Positions 29,198 through 40,990 of a stretch of 64,000 nt of DNA are shown here, piece after piece. Positions within the stretch are counted from its first letter, which is position 1. The number at the start of each line of letters is the position of its first letter. The position numbers were made by a program, and so were the translations under genes. The stretch comes from the human T2T-CHM13v2.0 reference genome, Homo sapiens, in NCBI RefSeq assembly GCF_009914755.1, contig NC_060925.1; one strand, written 5' to 3'. A model generated the notes under the pieces. It had not been told where the DNA came from. It ran no database searches and worked only from the letters and a program-made list of their open reading frames with translations.

Positions 29198-31843
29198 TGT
29201 ATTGTTCATTCTCACACTGCCATGAAGACATACCTGAGACTGTGAACTTTATGAAGAAAGGATGAATTGACTTGCAGTTCTGCAGGCTGTAAAGGAAGCA
29301 TGGCTAGGAGGCCTCAGGAAATGTACAATCATGGTGGAATGTGAAGGGGAAGTAAGCACGACTTACCTTGGTGAAGCAGGAGAGAGAGGGAGAAAAAGAG
29401 AAAACAGAAGTGCCACATACTTTTTTTTTTTTTTTTTGAGATGGAGTCTCACTCTGTCGCTCAGGCTGGAGTGCAGTGGCGCAATCTCTGCTCACTTCAA
29501 GCTCCTCCTCCCAGATTCACGCCATTCTCCTGCCTCAGCCTCATGAGTAGCTGGGACTACAGGTGCCCGCCACCACACCAGGCTAATTTTTTGTATTTTT
29601 TTTTTTTTTTAGTAGAGATGGGGTTTCACTGTGTTAGCCAGGATGGTCTGAGGTACCACATACTTTTAAACAATCAGATCTCATGAAAGCTCACTCATTG
29701 TCACCATAACAGCAAAGAGGAAATCATCCCCATGATTCAGTCACCTCCCACCAGGTCCCTCTCCTGAGACATGGGGATTACAATTTGAGATGAGATTTGG
29801 GTGGGGACACAGAGCCAAACCATACCAGTGCACCCCTGGCTTCTTTGAAATCTCATGTCCTTCTCACATTTCAAAACCAACCACGCTTTCCCAACAGTCC
29901 CCCAAAGTCTTAACTCATTGCAGCATTAACTTAAAAGTCCAAGTCCAATGTCTCATCTGAGGCAAGGCAAGTCCCTTCTGCCTATGAGCCTGTAAAATCA
30001 AAAGCTAGTTAATGACTTCTAAGATACAATGTGGGTACCAGCATTGGGTAAATGCTCCTGTTACAAAAGGGAGAAATTGGTCAAAACCAAGAGGCTACCA
30101 GCCCTATGCAAGTCTGAAAATCAGCAGGACAGTCATTAAACCTTAAAGCTTCAAAATAATCTCCTGTGACTCCATGTTTCACATCCAAGTCATGCTGATG
30201 CAAGAGGTGGGCTCCCACAGCCTTGGGCAGCCCCACCCCTGTGGCTCTTCAAGGTACAGGTACAGCCCCTGCAGCTGCTTTCATGGGCTGGCATTGAGCA
30301 TCCATGGCTTTTCCAGGCACGTGGTGCAAGCTGTCAGTGGATCTATAATTCTGAAATCTGGAGGACAGTGGCCTTCTTCTCATAGCTCCACTAGGCAGTG
30401 CCCCAGTGGGGACTCTATGTGGGGGCTCCAACCCCACATTTTCCCTTTGCACTGCTCTAGCAGAGGTTCTCCATGAGGGCTTTGCCCCTGCAATAGACAT
30501 TTGCCTGGACATCCAGGTGTTTTCATACATCCTATGAAATCTCTTGAAGCTCCCAAGCTTCAACTCTTGCCTCCTGTGGAACTTCAGGCTCAATACCACA
30601 TGGGAGCTGCCAAGGTTTGGGGCTTGGATCCTCTGAAGCCATTGCCTGATCTGTACCTTGGCCCCTGTTAGCCACAGCATGAGTTGGAGAGGCTGGGACA
30701 CAGGGCCTCATGTCCCAAGGCTGCACAAAGCAGCAGGGCCTTGGGCCTAGCACATGAAACCATTTTTCCCTCCTAGAGCTCCAGGCCTGTGATGGGAGGG
30801 GCTGCTGTGAAGGTCTCTGAAATGCTCTGGAGACATTTTCCCCATTGTCGTGGATTAACATTCAGCTCCTCTTCACTTATGCAAATTTCTGCAGCAGGCT
30901 TAATTTCTTCACCAAAAATGGGGTTTTCTTTTCTACCACATGGCCAGGCTGTAAATTTTCCAAACTTTTATTCTCTGCTTCCCTTTTAAATGTAAGTTCT
31001 AATTTCAGATAATCTCTTTGTGAGCATACACTTTTAGAAATAACCAGGTTATCTCTTGAACGCTTTACTGCTTAGAAATGTCTTCCACCAGACACCATAA
31101 ATCATCTCTCTCAAGTTCAAAGTTCCATAGATCTCTAGGTCAAGGGCAAAAATGCCACCAGGCTCTTTGCTAAAGCATAGCAGTAGCAAACCTACTCCAG
31201 TAGCAAGTACTGGAGTAAACCTTTACTCCAGTTTCCAATAAGTTTTTCATCTTCAACTGAGACCACATCATCCTGGAATTCATCACCACTATTAACATTT
31301 CGGTCACAACAATTCAACAAGTCCATAGGAAGTTCCAAACTTTCCCACATCTTTCTGTCTTCTTCTGAGCCCTCTAAATTGTTCCAACTTCTGCCTGTTA
31401 CCCAGTTCCAAACTCAATTACACATTTTCAGGTATCTTTATAACTGTGCCCCACTTTCATGGTACTAATTTTCTGTATTTGTTCACTCTCACACTGCTAT
31501 AAAGACATACCTGAGACTGGGTAATTTATAAAGAAATGAGGTTTAATTTACTAACAGTTTTGTGGGCTTAACAGGAAGCATGATTCGGAGGCCTCAGGAA
31601 ATGTACAATCATGGCGAAGGGGAAGAAGGCATATCTTACCATGAAGAAACAGGAGAGAGAAACAGAGAGAGAGAGAGAATGGAGAAATGATCAGAGCTCA
31701 TTAGAACTCACTCACTATCATGAGAACAGCGAAAGGAAAATCTATCCCCATGATCCAATCACCTCCCACCAGGCCCCTCCCCTGATACGTGGGGTTACAA
31801 TTTGAGATGAGATTTGGATAGAACACAGAGCCAAATCATATCA
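29198..31843 (-). mobile_element. Complete MSTA-type MaLR provirus (LTR 29198-29827, internal 29828-31473, LTR 31474-31843)
   Basis: Two homologous TG...CA LTRs; perfect TSD CCCAT at 29193-29197 and 31844-31848; internal region starts GAAAATTAGTACC on the minus strand. Confidence 0.95.
29421..29649 (-). mobile_element. 5'-truncated AluY inside the MSTA LTR
   Basis: TTCACGCCATTCTCC, GTGTTAGCCAGGATGGTCT; TSD GAAGTGCCACATAC / GAGGTACCACATAC. Confidence 0.92.
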
Positions 31844-32617
31844 CCCATCTTGACATCTGCTTCTCAGAGGACATGAACTGACACATAGTCCTTTAGAATC
31901 TGATAAAATCCATATCTTTATCACCACTGAAAATTCTATTTTAATTTTGCTATGTGGATATTGTACTAGGTGATTGCTAAAGTCCTTCCAGCTATATTTT
32001 ATAATTCTAAGTTTCTTCTTAGGTAGAGAGAGATTACGTTTTTAAAAATAACTAAATTTTCCTGTATAAAAATGAAAGTAAGACTTAACTTGTTCAGGAC
32101 TGATTTCCTGTTACTTTAGGCCTCCTCTAACATGCTATCAAAATTGGCTTTACCAAAATACTCTAAATGATAGTAAAATGAGGTAAGAAATCAGGTCACC
32201 TTTCCATTTATCACAAAAGCTGCAACCTACAGACTATACTCCAGCTAGTGCTCCGAACTTTGATTACTAAAATGGTAGAATTGGGTCAGATAACAAGTTT
32301 CTGTTTTGTTGGATAGCTGCAGTCTCCTGGCTTGAACCCCAGCCTACCAATAAAGATAGAAGAAGAAACAGGCTCTTCTCCAATCATATAACTAAAAAAT
32401 CTCCACTACCAATGGCCAGGTTCCTTTCCTAGAATTTATGCCCAGTCCTACTAAATACTAGTTTACTGGGCCATATTGAGGTGGGTGATGGTGTGAAGAC
32501 ACACCTTTTACTTTTTCAGTTTCTGTTCATTTTTTCCAATAAATGCTGTTCAGCGAACAAAATGTGTTCTATATGGCCATTGTCTTTCTGTTATTGAAAT
32601 AGCTACTATGGCCAAGG

Positions 32618-32618
<1 letters not shown>

Positions 32619-32649
<31 letters not shown>

Positions 32650-32928
32650 AGACTGAATCTCACACTGTCACCTGGCCTGGAGTGCAGTGGCGCAATCTTG
32701 GCTCACAGCAACCTCGGCCTCCTGGGTTCATGTGATTCTCCTGCCTCAGCCTCTCGAATAGTAGTGATTAGTGGCACACACCACCACACCCAGCTAATTT
32801 TTTGTATTTTTAGTAGAGACAAGGCTTCACTATGTTGGCCAGACTGGTCTCGAACTCCTGACCTCATGATCCGCCTGCCTCAGCCTCCCAAAGTGCTGGG
32901 ATTACAGGTGTGAGCCACCGTGCCTGAC
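32619..32928 (-). mobile_element. AluS (Sg/Sc-like), full length
   Basis: 30-nt poly-T, dimeric body, GACCTCATGATCC, TSD TGGCCAAG. Confidence 0.93.
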
Positions 32929-33469
32929 TGGCCAAGCCATTTTTATTGGTGTCCAGCATGGAAGGCTGGTAACAAATCAAGGGACCAGAAATCAGTCTAC
33001 AAGTGGGAAACGTTTACATGTGGTGGTGTGGTATGGCTGAGATGGCCTGATGCTTCTGTTGTGCTACACAGTTCAGTTAAATGGAAACCATGAAGAAGGG
33101 GCACTAAACCCCATAAACCATGTGAACTCCATCATCCCTGACTCTCTAATTAAGGAAATAACCTCAATAAAACCAAGTTAATCAGTGGATCTACCACCTA
33201 GGGTTTCCTTATAAAACTATTATTATAATTGTTATTATTTTAGGAAAGAAATGTGATGAAAAGGATATTGTACCCAATCCTACTTAAATCAACTAACCAT
33301 TTAGTGCATAAGGTAGATAGAATGCTAGGAAAAATATGAGCCATCTGAAGGATGGAGATGAGGAAAGCCCAAAAGTGTGTACCATACATATCAGATTAGG
33401 ATACCAACACACTTGGTGTGATGGGGTGGCCTATAAGGAGCTGTCTCCTGGGACCCTATTATTGGGCAT

Positions 33470-33930
33470 TGGGAAAGTATAAAAGACACTATTGCTGCCT
33501 CACTCAAATCACTTTTACCAGATCAGTGCCTCCAGCCTTCCACTGCTTGGATGTTGGCTATTAACAGCTCATAGTTATATTCTGTTCCTGATAATTGTTC
33601 TTGACTAAAGGAAATTACTCACCCAGACATGTCAGAGGAGTAAAGCCTTTCCTCAGAGACAGCTGATAGCCAGTTTTTAATAGATACTGGGTACAAATAG
33701 TCACCCCTCTTTCATCAAGTTGAGACAGCTCTCTAGTGTCAGTTATACTCCAGAAAGCCCTGTTCGATCAGGCTAGACTTCAGCTGAGCCCATTTCTTTG
33801 CCTAGTTTCTTCCTCAGTTCAATCCTATTACCTGCTCCTGTACTGGATTCAGTTGAGAGCAATCACTCCATAAATCACTTGCTCAAGAATCCTTGTCTCA
33901 GGCTCTTCTTTTAGCGAAACTGACTTACGG
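33470..33930 (+). mobile_element. LTR16C-like ERVL LTR
   Basis: AACAGCTCATAG, TCAAGTTGAGACAGCTCT, ATAAATCACTTGCTCAAGAATCCTTGTCTCAGGCTC. Confidence 0.7.
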
Positions 33931-35009
33931 AAGAAGGGCTTAATGCTCTCAAAGAAGATAAGTAATAATATAGTGAAACAAGGGAGAAGTTCAGTGACTT
34001 GCCAAGTCATGCTGTTGTTGGATCCAGCCCATGTTCTCACTAGGATTGAAGTTGCTATTTCCCCAATCATAAAATGTAAACAAACATTTCCATGTTCAAG
34101 GGCCAGAGTTCCTCTCCATGAATGTGATATCTGACAGGCCCTACTAAATTCCTCTATGATCTTTCTGAACCTTGTTGCATAATGAGAAACCACACACCTT
34201 ATCTTGTTCCTGGTTCTTGGATTTTCCTCTAATACATACTGACCCAGAAAGTCTGATGAAAATCATATCTTGTGTTTCTTTGGGCAACAGAAAATAACCC
34301 CTATAGTTACTAAGGAAAGGATAAAAAATTGAAAGAAAGTAACTGTGTGACTTCTGTCTTTACATCCAAATTATTTGAGTGGATAGAAAGATTTTGTAGA
34401 TTAAATTATTCATATTTCAGTCACTCTCAATAACTTGTTCATTTTAATGTAAAATATCTCTCTCTTTTCTTTTTTTTTTGGCTCTGCACTCTTTTTATTT
34501 TTATTTTTTGGATCTGTCTTATCAGTTTTTCACACGTTGCTTGGGAAGTAATATTCAGGTGCTATTATTCTCAGTAAACAAGTGAGAAAATGGAAGTGGA
34601 ATTTAAATCATGATTTCATGATTTCCCTGGAGTGGAAAGCATGGGTCTAGATATACAAGTATAACTTTAGTTAGAAAAATTGCAAATATAATTTTAGATT
34701 GAGCCTCACTAATTAGGATTCGTGGACTCGTGTGTGGTAGAGATATTTTAATATGCTTTGTCAAAATACTACTTCTCATATTTCTACCAAATAACCCCCA
34801 AAACCTCTTAGGATTTAATTAGCTACTGCAGTTTATCAATAAGAAATGAAAGAAGTCAAAGGTAAGTGGAAGACATTTTACAGACCCAGGATTAGAATGA
34901 GAGAAGATAGCACCTTGAGATGAGAAGGCGAGAAGCAGCTTGCAGTTTGAAAAAAAATCCAAAGGAAGCTTAACAATGCTTTCCAAGGTATATGTCAGTG
35001 TTATACAGG

Positions 35010-35363
35010 TGCATTAGTCCATTTTCATGCTGTAGATAAAGACATACCCGAGACTGGGCAATTTACAAAATAAAGAGGTTTATTGGACTTACAGTTCCAC
35101 ATGACTGGGGAGGCCTCACAATCATGGCAGAAGGAAAGGAGGAGCAAGTCACATCTTATGTGGATGGCAGCAGGCAAAGAGAGAGCTTGTGCATGGAGAC
35201 TCTCCTTTTTAAAACCATCAGATCTCATGAGACTTATTCATTATCAGGAGAACAGCACAGGAAAGACCTGTTCCCATGATTCAATTACCTCCCACTGGAT
35301 CCTTCCCACGACATGTGAGAATTCAAGATGAGATTTGGGTGGGGACACAGTGAAACCATATCA
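35010..35363 (-). mobile_element. THE1 (A/B) solo LTR
   Basis: GATAAAGACATACCCGAGACTGGGCAATTTAC...GAGATTTGGGTGGGGACACAG...CCATATCA; TSD ACAGG/ACAGT. Confidence 0.93.
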
Positions 35364-36289
35364 ACAGTTTATGGTCATAATATGTTATATAAGTCACTGT
35401 CATAATAGTTTATTAAAAGAATCTATAATCCCTTATAGTCTAATAATATTATACTCATCACTGCAAAAGGAAGATGGTATCTTACAGTTATGATGGACCC
35501 AATGGCAGGTGGAGATTTTTTCCGCAGATTACACATCCTGGCTTAATCAACAACTAGATTACAGGAAACTGACTATATATCTTTGTGTCAGAAGTTTCCT
35601 CTTCTACAATATGGGAATAATGATGGTATAGACTTCAGAGTATTGTCAAATGGAACTAATATAACGAAACTTCAGGCACATAGTAATGGATCAATAAATT
35701 ATACATGTTTTTATGTTTCTTTTTGCTTTTTATTCCTTTCACTTACTAGTCTTTTAGCTTTTATCAAAATGTTCACACCACACTTGGTTATTTTGAAATA
35801 TTTTGCCAAAACAATGGTGAATGCTTAGTGCTTAACACCATTTTACTTCTTTCCTATCATATTCTCTTCAAATATTAAAAAAAGTTATTCTGGACATCCA
35901 GAATACCATATCCTAATCAACAATTTAAACTCCTATAAGGAGGGGAAAGGAAACTAAGATTCTCTGAACAACTATTCTGAGTTATTTCCAAAGTGAAATG
36001 ACTTTATTTTGTTGTTTTCTAATTATAAACATATCTATGAAAGAGTTTGGCAAATACAAACAAATTTGAAGAAAAAAAGTAAGTCCTCCATAGCCCCACT
36101 GATCTATATACCCATTATCAGAGTTTAAAGATTTACTTTAAATTTTTAAAATTAATATTGTCTTAATTATTAGAATAATCTGTTTCATTTTGTTTACTGA
36201 ATGCATATGCTGTTAAAAATTACTATATAATTAGCAATTCTTTCTCAGCTTGATCTAGCAGTATAATTACCTTATATTTTAGATGTTGC

Positions 36290-38270
36290 TCCTGTTTTGC
36301 TACTCAATTTTTTAGTTAAAGAATTTCACCTATTTATTCTCTTTGTGATTACTGACATATTTAGGCCTATTTCTTTTAGGCTATTTGCTACTATCTATCT
36401 GACCTCTCTCTCCCAGCCTTCTCCTCCCCTCCTCTTTCCATCCTTTATTATTCTTTCCTTCTCATACTTTTTCCTCTCTCCTTCTTTTGGGTTAATTAGG
36501 TTTCTCTTTTATGTCTTTTTTTTTTTTTTTTACTACTATGACTAGTTGGTATACTTGGTTGGTATACTTGGTTTCTAGTATTTTAAATGTTACCTGAGTG
36601 ATTTCAATGTGTCTATTTTACTTAACACTGTATAAATTTAATCAATATTTTATCCCCCTCATGAATAATTTTATTCACCAGTTCCACTCATCATATAATA
36701 TTTTGTAGTATTTCTCCTTTAACTTTCCTTTGTCCCCCAAATTAGACATTATTTTTACTGTTATTCATTCAATATTTTAAATATTCATATTTATCATTTA
36801 CTTTCCTGATCATTTTTTCTTTTATTACAGACTTTGCTTCTGGGGTAATTTTCCTTCTTTACTAAATACATCCTTTATAAGGAGTTCCATTGGTGTGGAT
36901 CTGTTGGCAGCAATTTCTTGAAGACTCTTCTAAAAATATGCTTATTTAGCTCTTATTTTTGAAAGACAACTTTTCTCAGTGTAGACTCCTAGGTTGATAG
37001 TATATTCTATTCTCTTAGTTCATTGAAGATAATATTTCATTATTTTTCAATTTCCAAAAGTTAGTTGTTTGTCTACTTGTTATTCTTTTTCTTAGGAGTA
37101 ATCTTTTCTTTATGGCTGCATTTAAGTTCTTCCTTTGATTTTTGACCATTTCACTACTGTGTCTACAGGTGTGAAATTTTTAGAGCTTTCTGAATCTAGG
37201 AATGCATTTTAAATCATTTTTTGAAAATTTTCAGCCATTATGTATTTCATTTGGGCCTCTTCCCCATACTCTCTGCTATTTACTCTGAAAATGTAATTAG
37301 CCTATATTAGGCCTTTCCAACCTACCCTTGAAGAGTCTTGTCTTTTCACATAGTCCCCTAAGTTTTTTTACTGCATCAGTCTTCCAGCTCACCAACTGTC
37401 TCCTAAGTTATGCCCTAACCTTAGGATTAAACAATTATTTTAATTTGTATTTTTAATTTTAATTTTTTCCTTATATAATTTTTGTATCAGTCTGATTAAT
37501 TTACATAGAAGCTTTTACTTTGTAACACTTCAGCTTATTGTGTTATTTTAAAATCTAATAAGTGTATTATACTTATTTTCAAGCATATTTCTGGTAATTT
37601 CAATATCTTCGGTCTGTAGTTTTGTTTCCATAGACCACTTCTTGCTCTTGTCCATGTGAAAATCTTGCTCATGGCAGCCTCTTCTCTACTACTTTTGAAA
37701 TTAATGTGAGATTGTGGATTCATGCTTCTTGGACCTTAGTTTCTGAGAGTATTTTGAGTCCTGAGTTTAAGGTGAATTTATCCAGGAAGGGTATGGATTT
37801 ACTTCTGATAGGCTTCCAGAAGTCTTAATGTAAAGAATTAATGTAAAAATTGGTCTTAATATAAGACCAATTTACAAAATATTTGCCTCAAAATTTTACA
37901 GCTGATTCATTTTACAGTGAGTAAGATGAATTCTAGTCACAACCCCTGAAATATAAATTTCTTCTTAGGATTTCTCAGGGAGACTTTTATTTCTGATTTT
38001 TGCTCTTCAAGTCCAGGCTGAAAAAACAGAGGGTATTCCTGTGCTCTCCCTTCACAGAAGACATACAGAATTGTCTTATGGTTTTCAATCATTATCTGAC
38101 AGAACCTTCAGATCATGTTGGTTTTATGCAGGTGTCTCTAATTAGACCTCCCAATACATTTGGTACTAAGGCTTTAACTCCTTCACCTCTAATTCCATAT
38201 ATGGTCCCATAAGACCAAGGTTCTAGGAATGCCACAGATCCACTGAATAGAAAAAATGGGGGACAGAAGA
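36290..38270 (-). mobile_element. Old L1ME 5'/ORF1-region fragment
   Basis: GTAGACTCCTAGGTTGATAG, TGGCTGCATTTAAG, GAAAATTTTCAGCCATTAT. Confidence 0.65.
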
Positions 38271-38339
38271 TTGGATAGCAGGATTTTTTGTTTTTGCTTA
38301 TTCTTTGCCTGGCTGCAGTTCTAGGAGACCTGCTGCATT

Positions 38340-38592
38340 CTATGTTAAAAACTCCTTCTGGGTGGCCCTTTTTTCATTATCTTAAGCTATCGTTAGTCTT
38401 CTCTAATACCATTACCTGTTTTTGCCCCTTTCGACCCAGAAGTGAAAATACTGTACCACTGTTGTTATTTTCTGGATTCTTCACAGCCCTTTCTGATTCC
38501 CCAAACCTGTCCAGGTTTGATAATTAGTACTTCTATTAAATCATCTACCTGTGAGTGTTTCATATATTTTCTGCTATGACCCTGATTATCAC
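38340..38592 (+). mobile_element. LTR33-like LTR, 3' part
   Basis: TGCCCCTTTCGACCCAG, ATTAAA, ends GACCCTGATTATCACA. Confidence 0.55.
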
Positions 38593-38666
38593 ATTATTAA
38601 TGTTCCAATTCTTTTAGTTGAAGGAAGTGAGACTCAGAAAATCTAAGTGTATTTGAAGGAGAGAAA

Positions 38667-38950
38667 TGTGGTGGTTTGAATTGTTTTAATCTGGTTCAGC
38701 TGGGATCTATGTTTCCTAGAGTTCTCTTCCCAGAGTGGTTCCAGGTTTGAGTTGGCTGGATGAAAACATTCACGTCACTTGGAAAGCAAAAGTGGAGCAG
38801 AGCCTACTGTTCCCTGAAGTTTGTGGTCAGATGTAGTAAGGGACAAATGCAGAGGTGCCTGCCCAGTCACGCTTGTCCTTGCTCTCTTCTGTGTCATGCT
38901 GCCCTTTTTTCTGACTAATGACTCCTTTGACAAATAGTGGTTACAGGCCT
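38667..38950 (+). mobile_element. LTR41-like ERVL LTR, 5' part
   Basis: TGTGGTGGTTTGAA...AGCTGGGATCTATGTTTCCTAGAGTTCTCTTCCC...TTGGAAAGCAAAAGTGGAGCAG. Confidence 0.55.
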
Positions 38951-38989
38951 AACACAAGATGCTTTACTGAAAAGTCATAGTATTTGATG

Positions 38990-40032
38990 GAAAGAGGCAG
39001 AAGCTAGCATCTTTAGTGGATAATGCTTGTGATGAAAGTCCATGTGGAACATGAGGTCCAACTATCACAGTCATTCCAATTATTTTAGCTGAGGCCAGAG
39101 ACCTGTCACCTCCAGTCCCAGTCAAGGCCTTCAAATGACTGCAGCCATATGAGTGTCTCCAGGCAAGAACAACAGAGGAAACACATTCTCAAATCTTGAG
39201 AAATAATGCATTATTGTTGTTTTAAGCCACTAAGTTTGGGGATTTTTTAAAATGCAGCACATAGAAATGAATACACATAAGTAGAGCATTGCAATAGTAA
39301 TAATTTTGAAAAGCTTAAAATATATGACATTACCTTTGGAAAATGACGATAGGAAGAATCTACAAGGGAGTCAAAAAAGCTTCTACTGGAGACTAATAAA
39401 GCCCTGAGAAAAGCCATCAGAAGCTCGAGAAAAGGAAATCTTTTCTCCAGCAGAAAATTTGGCAAATGTTGGCAGAAAAATTGGCAAAATATTGCCTGTG
39501 GCAACTTGGAAGATAGAAGCTGGTAAGAACTGTTGGATCTGTCTAAGGAAGCTTTCGGGGAGAGCGTTGACAATGCCAATTGGCTTCTTTTAGTGTCATC
39601 TGGTCAGATATGGGAAGAAAGAGATAATCTAAAAATAGAATTGTACTGTTTTCAAACAGAGCTTTGAGGAAATAATGAGGACCAATTTTTTTTTGTTTGG
39701 AAAAATAAATCATCTCCTTAGTCTCCTCAGTCAGCATAACTTGATTAAAGTGAGACCTAGTGCTACAATTGAAATAAAGGTATATCTATAATACCTTTTG
39801 TTAAGACTTTGAAAAATGTGAAATGGTGTCAAGTAAACACTCTTATCTAGAGCAAAAGCATTCTAAAAATCACAGGAGTGTTTTCAAAATGCCCTCACAT
39901 GCCCCGAAATAACATTGGATAGAACTCCAAGTAGGTAACAGGGCTAATCCCAAGTGGCACTAATATAAGAGCTACTAGATTTCCATCACGACTTTTAGTG
40001 TGGTTTGTTATGAAATACTAGGTAACTAATGC
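38990..40032 (+). mobile_element. MLT1 LTR 3' part, MLT1 internal sequence and a terminal LTR remnant
   Basis: TTTTAAGCCACTAAGTTTGGG...GAATACA followed by MaLR-internal motifs (TTGCCTGTGGCAACTTGGAAGATAG); ends GTAACTAATGCA. Confidence 0.6.
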
Positions 40033-40499
40033 AAGCTACTCTTCATAATTATGTGTAACTGGAAGTGGGATTTAATCCTCATTCAATAGTCTTTTAGAAT
40101 AATAAAATTAATGTGACCCCTAAACTCAATTTTAGAACTACAAACAGATATTTTTAGAGTAAGTCTTCTTGGGAAAATCCCACTCTCCAAAGGGCTTACA
40201 ATGTCAGTGCTGGTCACTTTTCTTCAGTATTGTAACATGAATCACTTTTGAGAGAATGAGATTCACAGCCACTATCAGAAGCCAGGGACCTGGTATAAGT
40301 GAGTATGCTACCCATGCTACTTCCAAATCTGGAAGAGGCATTTTCTAATTCAAACAGTAAACTCAAATTTTCCATCTTTAGATAGCAGCATCATCTCCAT
40401 CTAACACCAAGCCGCTGGCCCTGCCTGACTGCTGGGTGTTAGATTTAGGCAAGTCTCCTCTAACTCTGCCCGGAATCAAGGTCACCTTGCTCCCTGAGG

Positions 40500-40990
40500 G
40501 GCTACCGCATGGTGCAGGCTGCGTGTAGGCTTGGAGTCACACGTGACTGGCAGGCTGCCATCTTGGAAACCCTCCCCACTCAGTGCTGCCAATCTCCATG
40601 TTAGTGCTGCCAAGGTGCTGAAACTGATGGTTTCTGTTGAAGAAAGACAGTCACCCTGTTTTACGTCAACCCTGACCACAGCTGCAGTGATGACATTCCT
40701 GGTTTAATAGTGGTTCCTCATGGGGCGCAAGGGTAAAAAAAAAAAAAAGTGAAGAGAAAAACTTCCTTCTTAAACTTACTAATTGTTGCCTTCCACCAAG
40801 CCATGCTAATTAGAATGTACGTATAAAAATTGTTTGCCCTCACAAACACAACTGTTGTTTATGAAGCAGATCTGGAGTAACAAAGTAGCTTAAAGCAAGA
40901 GAGATGCCCAGCATCTGCAAGAGACTCTTTCCTGAACCAGCCCCACTCTAACTAGCACTGGCCATATCTAGGTTTCTCTTGCCATATGGT
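40500..40990 (+). promoter_or_regulatory. Candidate cis-regulatory element / promoter
   Basis: Repeat-free and locally richer in GC and CpG; CACGTGAC 40540-40547, GCCATCTTGG 40557-40566, RE1-like 40603-40622, TTACGTCA 40661-40668, TATAAAA 40822-40828. Confidence 0.45.

Larger units (their letters stand above)
28400..31885 (+). mobile_element. Ancient ERVL-class LTR (LTR16/LTR67-like), split by MER53 and the MSTA provirus
   Basis: 3' end ...CTTGTACCTCTAAGCCCAT resumes after the provirus as CCCATCTTGACATCTGCTTCTCAGAGGACATGAACTGACACA; 5' boundary uncertain. Confidence 0.55.

Noticed and set aside
30174-30989. Overlapping 100-150 aa ORFs, with similar peptides at 4302-5368
   Set aside because: Decayed MaLR internal sequence; the similarity reflects two MST proviruses and the frames are not preserved between copies
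36545-36573. Short tandem duplications (GTTGGTATACTTG twice; also 39450-39495 and 56224-56255)
   Set aside because: Two-copy slippage duplications inside decayed repeats; no repeat-spacer array, so not CRISPR-like
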